Shown piece after piece: positions 37,749-49,334 of a stretch of DNA of 64,000 nt (position 1 is the stretch's first letter; each line of letters begins with the position of its first letter). The stretch is from Octopus bimaculoides (Eukaryota): NCBI RefSeq assembly GCF_001194135.2, contig NC_068983.1, forward strand, positions 151,364,200 through 151,428,199. Reading direction: 5' to 3'. The notes beneath the pieces were generated by a model. That model was not told where the DNA came from. It did not search any database and saw only the letters and a program-made list of their open reading frames with translations. The position numbers were made by a program, and so were the translations under genes.

Positions 37749-38700
37749 GTATATGTATATATATATATATATNNNNNNNNNNNNNNNNNNNNNNNNNNNN
37801 NNNNNNNNNNNNNNNNNNNNNNNNNNNNNNNNNNNNNNNNNNNNNNNNNNNNNNNNNNNNNNNNNNNNNNNNNNNNNNNNNNNNNNNNNNNNNNNNNNNN
37901 NNNNNNNNNNNNNNNNNNNNNNNNNNNNNNNNNNNNNNNNNNNNNNNNNNNNNNNNNNNNNNNNNNNNNNNNNNNNNNNNNNNNNNNNNNNNNNNNNNNN
38001 NNNNNNNNNNNNNNNNNNNNNNNNNNNNNNNNNNNNNNNNNNNNNNNNNNNNNNNNNNNNNNNNNNNNNNNNNNNNNNNNNNNNNNNNNNNNNNNNNNNN
38101 NNNNNNNNNNNNNNNNNNNNNNNNNNNNNNNNNNNNNNNNNNNNNNNNNNNNNNNNNNNNNNNNNNNNNNNNNNNNNNNNNNNNNNNNNNNNNNNNNNNN
38201 NNNNNNNNNNNNNNNNNNNNNNNNNNNNNNNNNNNNNNNNNNNNNNNNNNNNNNNNNNNNNNNNNNNNNNNNNNNNNNNNNNNNNNNNNNNNNNNNNNNN
38301 NNNNNNNNNNNNNNNNNNNNNNNNNNATATATATACCGAGAAAGAGACAGACAGACAGAGAGAGGAGGAGAAAAGGAAGAGAGACAAAGCTATATAGATA
38401 GTTAGATGAGAAGCAGTCCCACATGAAGAGACAATGAATGAGTGAATAGGGGTAGTGAGGCAGGAGCGACATATGGATCCATGTCTTTGATAAATGGAAA
38501 CTGAAAACGAAAAGACAATATCAGACACAAAAAGAGCAAAACATACTAATGCATGTATGTATGTATGTATGTATGTATGTATGTATGTATGTATGTATGT
38601 ATGTATGTATGTATGTACGTATGTATGTATGTATCTATCTACCTACCTACCTACCTCCTACCTATCTATCTACTTATCTATCTATCTATCGATCCTATCT

Positions 38701-39388
38701 GGATCTTGTTCAAAACGGGGGCACCAGTATTTTCTTAACGAAACACTTTGAAACTTGGGNNNNNNNNNNNNNNNNNNNNNNNNNNNNNNNNNNNNNNNNN
38801 NNNNNNNNNNNNNNNNNNNNNNNNNNNNNNNNNNNNNNNNNNNNNNNNNNNNNNNNNNNNNNNNNNNNNNNNNNNNNNNNNNNNNNNNNNNNNNNNNNNN
38901 NNNNNNNNNNNNNNNNNNNNNNNNNNNNNNNNNNNNNNNNNNNNNNNNNNNNNNNNNNNNNNNNNNNNNNNNNNNNNNNNNNNNNNNNNNNNNNNNNNNN
39001 NNNNNNNNNNNNNNNNNNNNNNNNNNNNNNNNNNNNNNNNNNNNNNNNGGGAAGGAGCAAGTCAATTAGGGTTAGGGTTAGGGTTAGGGTTAGGGAAAAC
39101 GAACACACGTGTGTTGCCTCTGCAAAATGTCAGAAGTAATGGAGATTAAATACGCTTTACACCGCTTAAACTGCCAAAGGAGTAACTTATAAACAGCTGA
39201 ATACTTGTCAGTGATTGGTTGAAATTATCGAAATAAGACAATTTTTTACATGAAATAAATTCGAATACAAAATTCTTTTTCTATTGTATAACACAAAATA
39301 GATAAGTATACGAAGTTTGAAAGTCTTTCGGCACCAAAAACACTACATAAAACATTGAAAACTGGTGCCCCCGTTTTGAACAAGATCC
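38701..39388. mobile_element. Non-autonomous DNA transposon with perfect 28-bp TIRs, inserted in (ATCT)n
   Basis: GGATCTTGTTCAAAACGGGGGCACCAGT at 38701-38728 equals the rc of 39361-39388. ATCT lies on both sides (possible 4-bp TSD). Contains a 289-N gap. Confidence 0.88.
39066..39095 (+). repeat. (TTAGGG)5 interstitial telomere-type repeat
   Basis: Five perfect units inside the TIR element. Confidence 0.95.
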
Positions 39389-39452
<64 letters not shown>

Positions 39453-40031
39453 GTGTGTGTGTGTGTGTGGGTGTGGGTGTGTGTGTGTGTGCATGTATCT
39501 ATGTATAGGCAAGTATGTAATATAAGTATATACCATGTACACACACAAACGCACACAGACGCACACATACACACACAAACACATGCACACACACACACAC
39601 ACACACATGCCTGAATCAAGCTGGAACCAGATTTAGCACAAGACAAATAGTCAGAGATAATTATCTCGGACTGATCATCTGTTGAGATGAGAATTTTAAG
39701 TAGGAGACCTAAGTGGTAAAGAATAAGTCGATGTTGTTTTTGTTGTAGTGATAGTATTTTACTGTAATCGTCACCGCTCTTCTCCTCTTCGAACACACTC
39801 CATCTGCTACCTTATACATTCCACCACATGTAGACCCTCCTTCACGTACACCTGATTCCATTTTCAATCTTGGGAGATACTATTCCTTCTTTTAGTTTTT
39901 GTGAGTTCTTTTTTTTTTGTGTGGAGGTAGAAGTGGAGGGAGGAAGGTTCATTTTCTTTTCTTTCTGTCATTCTTCCGTTGATGTTTCATTAATTTCATT
40001 CATTTCGTTTTCGACTTATTCTTTCTTCTTT

Positions 40032-40099
<68 letters not shown>

Positions 40100-40320
40100 A
40101 TACATACATACATACACATATACGTGTGTGTGTATGTGTTAAAAACGTATAGTATATGCACAAACGAAAAACAGACACAGAAAGAAGAGTCAGACGAAAT
40201 TTCGCGCCTTTACCGATGATATTGTTTCCCTTCTGGTGACACTTACACACACACACACGTACACACACATGTATGTATTTTGCAAGACTACTGAGAGAAG
40301 GCTGAAAATGCGTCCAATTT

Positions 40321-40359
<39 letters not shown>

Positions 40360-41427
40360 TTTATTTAATTAAAACAAGTTTAGCATTTTTACAGAAAGAG
40401 AAAATAGGTATAGTATATTCTATGCATTTATATGTATAAAAAATATAACAAAAAATGTTTACGCAGAATGAATAAAATTGGTGTAGCTAAATTTGGCATA
40501 TATAACGCAAGGGAGAAAATGGAAAACACCGGGTCCCATGTTACTTCGAGTATTTTTTTGCATAAGAAAAAAATTAATGTATCTATTTTCGTGCGTGTTG
40601 CGCGTTAAAGAGGTTTGTAATAGGGAAAAAAATATATATGGAACAGACCAGGATCCATCCGGTTTACTCTGATATTCAGCTTTTTTAAAGTATTGGGCAA
40701 TTTTTTCCATAAGTAAGAACGATGCGAGTTAAATCAATAAGTAAACAAAAACTAATGGGTAACACGTGTTTCGGTAGCGTGGCTTATTCTTGATACGAGT
40801 CTATTACATAACTTAATAAATAACAATATGTAAATATGTATTGCTACATAACCATTCCATTTCTTCAGGTGATATTTTGTCAAATATAAATGTATGCATG
40901 TATGCATGCCATTATTCAGTTTTATTTCAAGAGTTGTTGCCAATTCAGAAAGAGCTGGTTTCTAACCTATATCCAAGGCTCCTTTTTTAGAAATTCAACA
41001 TCAACAACAGGGTACTTTTGTATGTATGTATACATGAAGATTTGTATGCTTTGTTTTATATGTCTCTCATGCGTATATTTGCATATCTAGACATGATCGT
41101 ATGCATGTATGTCTATTGTAAGGTACATATTAGCTCAATTTGAAATACGGTATAAATATTGCAACAGATATTTCTGTTATCACAGATCTATGAGCTTCTT
41201 ATGTTTCTATATCGTCATTAGCAAGTAAAAGATGGTTATTCTCAGTACGATCGAAATATATCCTAGTCATAAATGTCGATAACTGGGATATATTAAACCG
41301 AAATATTCGGGCAAAATTAATATTCATTTTAATATCTAAATGTATATTTACGAACGTAAATTTCGTGTTTATTTTACATATATCCATTATATGTACATTA
41401 TATGTACCTATATGTACAATATATACA

Positions 41428-41857
41428 TTATATTGGACAAAATGCTTAGCGGCATTTTTTCGACTCCTCACTTCTAAGTTCAAATGCCTCCACGGCGGAC
41501 TTTGCTTTGCAATCTTTAGAGATCGATAAAAGAAGTTACATTTGAGTACTGTGGTCGATGTAAACGATTTTCCCCTTCCCTCAAAATGGCTGGCGTTGTA
41601 CCAAAAATGAGAAAGAATTATTATTGTGGTTCAGCATCGTGTTTATATTGGACAAAATGCTCAGCGGTTTCTCCCGACTCTTCGTGTTCTGAGTTCAAAT
41701 GCCCTCACGGTCGCCTTTGCTATACATCCTTTTACGATCGATAAAATAAGTTTCATTTGAACACTGGGGGGTTGATGTAAACGACTTCCCCTTCCCCTCA
41801 AGATGGCTAGCCTTGTAGCAAAAATGAGAAAGAATTATTATTGTGGTTCGGCATCGT
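41428..41857 (+). mobile_element. Local tandem duplication (~215-217 bp x2) of a 5'-truncated, diverged SINE-C plus flank
   Basis: Both units start ttatattggacaaaatgc (41428, 41643) and end aaaaatgagaaagaattattattgtggttc(a/g)gcatcgt (41640, 41857). Confidence 0.88.
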
Positions 41858-42900
41858 TCGTCGAACACTCCGCGTTGTTGTAACAGAAAGGTATATCAAG
41901 ACATGTATTGAAAAATACCTGTACACGCACAAGCTCACCCGATACGCTTGAACAAGCACACACAATCATCTCACCTTAGCTGCAACAAATCACGAAACAG
42001 TTGTCATACTTGAACCCAGTCAAATACTTATTTTATGACCTTCAATTTTAGGGAGTGAAAAGAATGATAATTACTGACACGAACTAACCATTGTTGTCCA
42101 TTTCTAAATTTATTTCTTCCTTCATTAATTTACTAACTCTAACTACACATTAATACCTTTTTGTAATGTTAGTTACTTGCGTGTCCGGAAGAGCAGCTAA
42201 TATTTCCTCTTTAATTAGTACTGAAAAGTCATTAAATCCATTTCCTATACTAACCTAGCATACTGTTAGAGAATACAAAACGGCTCAACATTATATCGGT
42301 TAACATATTTTCCAGGCGTTGATTTAAACGAGACATACCTACATGAAAATTCTCACTCTAATTACACACGTGCGTCCCTCACATGCATATATACATACAT
42401 ACATACATACATACATACATACATACATACACATACATACATACATACATACACACATGCATACACACACATACACATACAAGCACATGGATGTATAAAA
42501 CACCTATGGAATGTCAGTAGACACGACTGTGATGCGGCAAAATTGATACAGGAAATCTCTTATAATTAAATACATTTTATGCCAGCCAGCCAGCGTAGTA
42601 GCAGCAGCAGCAGCAGTAGCAGTAGTAGTAGTAGTAGAAGAGGTGGCGGTGGTTTCGCTGTTAGTTGTAACTAAGGTGAAGAAGTTGAGTTAAGTTTCGT
42701 ATACTGTCTGTCTGTTCGTGTTGATGTCTAGGCCTGATTAGAATGTAACTCCTGCTTCACCCACACCTAATGTCATACAAGTTATTAGCTTTCTTCCATT
42801 TCTTATCGTTCTTCTCTTCTTGTTGTATTTGATATCTTTTATTTTTTGAAGGCATCAGAATCGGCGCGTGTGGTGGATGGCAAATGTAATGATAATAATA

Positions 42901-43230
42901 ATAAGAATTCTTTCTATTACAGGCATAAAGGCCTGAAGTATTTGACAAAGGAGCTAGTCGATTACATCGACCCCAGTGTTCGACTGGTACTTATTTTATC
43001 GACCCCCGAAAGGATGAAAGGCAAAGTTGGCTTCGGCAGAATTTGAACTCAGAACGCGAAGACAGACGGAATACCACTAAACATACATAACAACAACAAC
43101 CACAACAGTAATAAGAATGATAATAATAAAGCTTTTGAATTTTGGCACAAGGCCTGAAAACTTGTGGGGAAGGAATAAGTCGATTACATTGACCCTAGTG
43201 TTCAACTGATACTTATTTTATCGACCCCCG
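42901..43230 (-). mobile_element. Two SINE-C pieces (42901-43083, 5'-truncated; 43131-43230, 3' half)
   Basis: gtcgattacatcgaccccagtgttcgactggtacttattttatcgaccccc motif occurs twice. Confidence 0.88.
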
Positions 43231-43400
43231 ATCTAGTCTTTCTCATTCGCAAAATGAGCCCCCCCCCCTTTATTTTGCTCAGATTGCTTTCATTCAGTTT
43301 TGGTGTATCGATGCAACTCTGAATTTTGATTACGATCAACCAATTACTTTGACTCGTAAATTAAAGAATCTGATGTTATTTGGGATTATTTGGGTAATTT

Positions 43401-43449
43401 TAACCAATCAACAGACAGCGTGACATTAGCAGCTTGTTACCATGACAAC
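43401..43449. promoter_or_regulatory. CCAAT box + RFX X-box module
   Basis: AACCAATCA at 43402-43410 and GTTACCATGACAAC at 43436-43449, a full-length X-box consensus match. Confidence 0.45.
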
Positions 43450-44318
43450 TGTTGTGGTTTACTGTTGTCTGTGCCGCTGTTGTTTATGTTGATTTCACCC
43501 ACCTGTTTTGTTTTAATTTTTCCGTGTGTTACATATTTTTCTGTGCTTCTGTGTGTTAGTATTTACCTGTGCTTTTTCTCTGTGTTAGTATGTTTTGGGG
43601 ACTCGTTGGCTCTGATAGCTGGATTTATGATTTCACTAGATTAATTCGATTCATAAAAAAATTTTAATTAGGAGTATTTCTTAAACCGTTAGCTTACATT
43701 TCAACAGCTTAACTGAAATTTAGCTCACGTAACAGGAACTGAGAGGGATATCGTGGAACAAAGAAACTGTAGGTGATACAGATAATTTGACATTATTTTT
43801 TAATCCTGCATGCAAAAACGTATAAGATACAGGTATTCTTTACCTTGGGACAAATTCTTTGTTGACCAGTGTTGTTAATCTTATCGTAGTTTACAAATCC
43901 AAACATGAAAATGTTACTCAACTTTGGAGTTTTGGACACAGACGTTCCCTTTTCACACAAACACATGCACTTATATATTAATGATATACATAAATACATA
44001 GCAGGTATACATAATACTGAAGTACGCATAAAGTAAACGCATACAGACAAATATGTTAATATAACAAATTTTTAAAAAATAATAAAAACCTACAATCAAT
44101 AAAGAGACAAAAGAAACAGTAAGATGATACATGTTGACTTTATTAGATATTTCTGTTTCTTTAGAAACCTACAATAAAATTAGGTATTTCTATTTATTTA
44201 GAAACCTACAATGAACTGGTCAGACGCTAAACTATACATTTCACAGGCTACAGCCTTAAAGTTGACACCGCTCCGCTAAACGCAGAAAATTTCTGTCTCG
44301 CTATTTGACTAAAAAAAT

Positions 44319-44362
44319 CGGAACCATGTGGTTAGGAAGCAAACTCAGTCACGCCTGCGCTC
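44319..44362 (-). mobile_element. SINE A head fragment
   Basis: cggaaccatgtggttaggaagc...cacgcctgcgc. Confidence 0.6.
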
Positions 44363-44412
44363 ATATGTCTTTTTCTTTTCCTTTACATAATCGATTCTTT
44401 GTAAGCTCGACC

Positions 44413-44835
44413 CAAGGCCAGATTAAGACCCATCGAGGCCCCAAGCACTTAAGAAATTCTGCTGCCCTCATAAAAGATTATGTAATTCAAAATATAAACC
44501 ATAATAAATCCTAAAATAGAACTTTTCTCAAAACGAAACAAAACAGTAAGAGGGAAAACAATGTCTATTTTTGTATACTTCCACTTCATTTATATTTGAA
44601 AAGTTTCCTCCAACCTTTTTGAATTGCAAAGTCTTTGATCAGATCCTCAAAATTAATCTTAGGTAACACATCTGCATCCATACTTAGTAAAGATAAAGGC
44701 ATCCCGAATATTATTTTAGCAAGTTTAAAGTAATTTCTTTCGTGCCGTAAACCATTTACCATTTCTGTGGCGCTCTCTACTTCCGTTGATGCCCTAAGCA
44801 CGAGCCTGTTTTGCTTAATGGTTAATCCAGCGCTG
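44413..44835 (-). mobile_element. Internally deleted hAT transposon (423 bp) with a transposase C-terminal remnant
   Basis: TIRs CAAGGCCAGATTAA / CAGCGCTGGATTAA (10/14). Perfect 8-bp TSD GCTCGACC at 44405-44412 and 44836-44843. Minus-strand peptide LSLLSMDADVLPKINFEDLIKDFAIQKGWRK resembles the end of the hAT dimerisation domain. Confidence 0.9.
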
Positions 44836-45549
44836 GCTCGACCCCATTAGCTTTTAAGATTGCCTTCCACCGTCGACACAGTAGCGAATAAATCATCATA
44901 GCTATCCTTATCGTTAGAATCACTATCCCTATCGTCATCAGTATCTATATTATTATCATCACCAAGATCATTATAGTCATATTTGTAACGATCATTATAA
45001 CCATCACGTTTCTTCTTATCATTGCATCCATGATAGTATTCATCACCGTGATCATCGCTATTAACAGCGCCATCGTCGACGTCATAGTCTTCATCATAAT
45101 ATATTCATAATCATCATTGTCACCATTATCATCATCATCATTACAAAGATAGCCAGCAGCAGCAGCAGCAGCGGTAGCGGTAGCAGCAGCAGGAGGAGTT
45201 GCAGGAGTAGCAGCAGCAACAGTAACATTAACTACTATTACTATATTACATGATATCCTGCTGCCTGTAGACGTCATTAGTGTGAAATGAAGCCGAAATA
45301 ATAAGTGTTTCACAAGTAAAATGATATTTAAGAAATAGCGATTACAGAGGAGAGTCAGAGGAAGTTATAAAGGAGTGAAATACATTTGATTGATGTGTGT
45401 CTCCTACATAAATTTATAAAACCATACATACATGTATATATATACATATATATATATATATACATATATATATATCATTATTAATCATAGGGCAGCAAAA
45501 GAAATTATATATATATATACATACACACACACACACACACACACATATA

Positions 45550-45715
45550 TAGGCGCAGGAGTGGCCGTGTGGTAAGTAGCTTGCTTACCAACCACATGGT
45601 TCCGGGTTCAGTCCCACTGCGTGACACCTTGGGCAAGTGTCTTCTACTATAGCCTCGGGCCGACCAAAGCCTTGTGAGTGGATTTGGTAGACAGAAACTG
45701 AAAGAAGCCCATCGT
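45550..45715 (+). mobile_element. Young SINE A (tRNA head + CORE), followed by (TA)(TG)n(AG)n
   Basis: Near-identical to 25897-26062. Confidence 0.95.
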
Positions 45716-45717
45716 AC

Positions 45718-45775
<58 letters not shown>

Positions 45776-45811
45776 GTGTGTGTATGTATGTATGTATACG
45801 CGAGAGCGCGT

Positions 45812-45950
45812 GTTCAAATGGCTAGGCTGTTACTCTTAAGATCATAGTTTCGATTCCCCGTTGAGACGATGCGTTGTATTCTTGAGCAAAGCACTTCAGT
45901 TTATGTTCCTCCGCGATCACTTCGACATCAGACATGTGGTGCACCGTGCA
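45812..45950 (+). mobile_element. Old tRNA/CORE-type SINE remnant
   Basis: B-box-like gtttcgattccc followed by gttgtattcttgagcaaagcacttca. Confidence 0.45.
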
Positions 45951-46148
45951 TTTATACAAACAATGCCGGTTTGATGCAAGGATGAATTGCAACTTCGAAA
46001 GTATAAATGAAGTCTACTACATCTTTTGCTGAGAACATTTTTTCCAATTGAAACAACCGAATACATGCACTGAAATACGTACACAGACATAAGTTTATAA
46101 ATACGTGCATACATATGCAGATACACGCGTACATGGTCACGCCCCCCC

Positions 46149-46209
<61 letters not shown>

Positions 46210-46714
46210 CAAAATGGGACAAGCACGCAAAACATCCAGATAGTTAGGTGATACAAGAATGGGACAACAAAACATCCAGATAGACGATACAGAGAAAACA
46301 AGGACGGGCTATTCGGAATTTTCTTTCCTCAGTCGAGTTCCAGATTATCTTAGCAATACATATATATGGCAGATATTCTCAAATTTATTAATCTGTTGAT
46401 AAGTTCTCGAGGTGTAGATGGCGGAACGACGAAGTTATAGCCTTCGCGATTAGATGCAATACATATATCGTAGATTCATGAAAAGCTATTGTTCTTGTTT
46501 TGATAGTTATCAACTATCAACTCTCATGATGCATGTCTATGCATGTCATCCTGCACATACAAATCTATAATACATATCTTGTTGATACAGATATATCGCA
46601 AATGTTCTATTTTCTAATTCAATTTTGAATCAGCTGTCCCATTTATTTTAGACCTTTGCTTTAGTTGTTTGTTTTTATTGTTGTTGTTTAGACCAAATGT
46701 GACTTTGTACCTCA

Positions 46715-46815
46715 GTAACTTTGCGATATTTTGCTTGGCTTCTTTACGCTTTGAGTTCAGATATCGCCGGTCGACTTTGGCGTTCATTCTTCCAAGTTCG
46801 ACGATGAAAATATAA
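46715..46815 (+). mobile_element. Diverged SINE-C fragment
   Basis: tctttacgctttgagttcagatatcgccggtcgactttgg. Confidence 0.6.
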
Positions 46816-46992
46816 TTGATATAATCGATTGAACACAAATAATTCATATTGATCCTATGTTCCCTTCTTTCCATTTGAAGAAGGAGTCTACTATCAGTCT
46901 ACTCTTTTTAAGGAGTCTACTTGCAGTAAGAAAGTGCACACGTGAAACTGTGATGGATAAGATATATGTGTGTTGTGTTGAAAGTAATGTGG

Positions 46993-47172
46993 AGCGTCTT
47001 ACGTATAGATCATATTTTTATCATAGTAATATCAGACAACTAGCATATCAAGTGAATCTCTCACGTACAGGTCATATTTTTATGGTGGTAATATCAGACA
47101 ACCGGCATATCAAGAGTGTCTTGCGTATAGGTCATATTTTTATGACGGTAATATCAGACAACCGGCGTATCA
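46993..47172. repeat. ~60-bp minisatellite, 3 copies
   Basis: gtaatatcagacaac at 47026, 47088 and 47148 (periods 62 and 60). Confidence 0.92.
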
Positions 47173-47243
47173 GTTAACTTGTAAAAACCCCTCGTTTTGG
47201 CGACGATTTGCTGTTGTACCATTCTTGTTGGTTAAGATGGGCA

Positions 47244-47412
47244 TTCGATTACATTGATCTTAGCACTAATACTTTCTATTACCGACCTACTCTGAACTCA
47301 GGGAAAGATGAAAGCAAAGTCGACTTGAACGGGATTTGATTTCAGGACGAAAAAATAAACGGAACAAATAGCACGAGGTATATCGCCCGACGCTCTAACG
47401 ATTCTGCCAATC
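47244..47412 (-). mobile_element. Highly diverged SINE-C
   Basis: tcgattacattgatc...gatgaaagcaaagtcgactt...ctaacgattctgccaa. Confidence 0.65.
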
Positions 47413-48009
47413 TGAGTTTATGTTAAAAAAATCAATATTAGATTTCCGTCTCACCGCTGTGTTTCCATTAGCTTCTATCTACGAACGTTCATCCTGAATA
47501 AATATCATTCTTCTGTTTATTCCTTGACAACATGGTAGCCACATGTAATTGATTCATGGAAACTACATTCATGTTAGACTGTAAATTGAAGTGGAAGAAA
47601 CGATAGGAAGTTGGTCCAAATGCCTTATAATATTTACTTACATACTCCGATGTATTTAAGTTTAAATCGTATAGAATCCGGGTATGTGTTGTAGCTTTTT
47701 AGTCCCATTCAAGATGCGACTTAGTTGATTAGGAGTTAAAAGGATTTCTTGTGTAGTTATCATTTTAACCTTATTATTTTTTTTTCAGGAATGGTGTGCC
47801 TACACACATACTCACAGACACACACACACTCACAGACACACAGAGACACACACACACACACACACACACGTATATATATATATATATATATAAATATANN
47901 NNNNNNNNNNNNNNNNNNNNNNNNNNNNNNNNNNNNNNNNNNNNNNNNNNNNNNNNNNNNNNNNNNNNNNNNNNNNNNNNNNNNNNNNNNNNNNNNNNNN
48001 NNNNNNNNN

Positions 48010-48049
<40 letters not shown>

Positions 48050-48078
48050 TGTATATGTGTGTGTGTGGATGTGTATAG

Positions 48079-48109
<31 letters not shown>

Positions 48110-48150
48110 TGTATGTATGTATGTAGAACTGCATTATATCGTATTTCCAT

Positions 48151-48353
48151 GGCAGCTAGCTGGCAGAATCGTTATCACGCCGCACAAAGTGCTTAGCGGT
48201 ATTTCGCCCGTCTTTACGCTCTGAGTTCGAAATCCGCCGATATCGACTTTCGGAGTCGATGAAATAAGTACCAGTCAAGTGTTGGGGGTCGATGTAATTG
48301 ACTTACTTCCTTCCCAAATTTTCATGCTTATGCCTATTGTAGAAAGGATTATT
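48151..48353 (+). mobile_element. SINE-C, C1 tail, small internal deletion
   Basis: agctggcagaatcgttatcacgcc...ctgagttcgaaatccgccga...tgcctattgtagaaaggattatt. Confidence 0.88.
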
Positions 48354-48494
48354 TCATATCCCACTTACATCTTCCGAAGATGATAAAGTGTGACTTAAAA
48401 ATATGTCTACTATTTGTAGGTCCTCGTGCATCTTATTATAACAAATTCAATGCAACAGTTTTATTAAACGGGTGTAAACTCAATTGTTTCAGTA

Positions 48495-48886
48495 TGAGAA
48501 ATTAATAGCTTAGGGAGGTGCTGCCTTCTAGTGTGTGTATCGAAAGGTGGACGAAAGTGGCAAGTCTGGTAAGACCGAATGGATCGACTCTGAGTATGCT
48601 TTCCTAAGCAGGAAGAATGAAACTGGAAGAAGGCACTTTCCCATACCTTGGGGATGGTGGAGTAATCCGGGATTTTTGCGTGGGATTTATCCCGAATTAC
48701 CCGAAGTGAACTGCTCCGCTATTGGGGGTTCTATTTATTTATTTGCTTATTTATCTATTTCTTTAATTTCTATTATATATCCTTTGTTATATCTTGTGGT
48801 AGTGTAAACTCCACCTGTTTTTGTTTTTGTTTTCGTCCTTTGAAATTGTACTCAATCTTTTGGGCCTTTGTGGCCAATAAGAAAAG
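48495..48886 (+). mobile_element. 5'-truncated L1/Tx1-clade-like LINE 3' end
   Basis: Frame 48512-48607 reads REVLPSSVCIERWTKVASLVRPNGSTLSMLS* (resembles the L1/Tx1 ORF2 terminal segment), then a T-rich 3' UTR ending in GGCC-TTTGT-GGCC-AATAAGAAAAG. Clade call is from recollection of the pattern. Confidence 0.5.
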
Positions 48887-48894
48887 TCATTAAA

Positions 48895-49334
48895 TAAGGC
48901 GGCGTGCTGGCAGAATCGTTAGCACGCCGGGCGAAATACTTAGCGGTATTTCGTCTGCCGTTACGTTCTGAGTTCAAATTCCGCCGAGGTTGACTTTGCC
49001 TTTCATCCTTTCGGGGTCGATAAATTAAGTACCGCTTACGCACTGGGGTCGATGTAATCGACTTAATCCATTTGTCTGTCCTTGTTTGTCCCCTCTGTGT
49101 TTAGCACCTTGTGGGCAATGAAGAAATAAGAATCGTTAGCACGTAAGACAATATGCTTAAGGGTATTATTTTGTCCGTCTTTACGTTCTGAGTTCGTATT
49201 CCGCCGAGTTCACATTGCCTTTTATCTTTTCGGGGTCAATAAAATAACTATCAGTGAAACACTGGGGTCAATGTTATCGACTAGTCCCCCATAACCAAAT
49301 TCTAGGCCTTGTGCCTTCAGTAGTAAGGATTATT
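48895..49334 (+). mobile_element. Compound SINE: near-consensus C2 copy (48895-49130) fused to a headless, more diverged C1 copy (49131-49334)
   Basis: Junction gaaataag|aatcgttagc at 49130/49131. Confidence 0.92.

Noticed and set aside
40761-40800. GAAACACGTGTT palindrome resembling hammerhead stem III (minus strand)
   Set aside because: No CUGANGA core or stem II upstream.
43844-43950. Minus-strand donor AAG|GTAAAG with an open frame (KGTSVSKTPKLSNIFMFGFVNYDK...)
   Set aside because: Acceptor is poor and the peptide is unrecognisable.
46993-47172. CRISPR-like periodicity
   Set aside because: The whole unit repeats with no unique spacers, there are no cas genes, and the context is eukaryotic.
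48460-48495. Possible remnant of the missing SINE-C head upstream of the Tx1-like fragment (ttattaaacgggtg)
   Set aside because: Similarity to taaggcggtgagctggcag is too weak to use as evidence of co-targeting.
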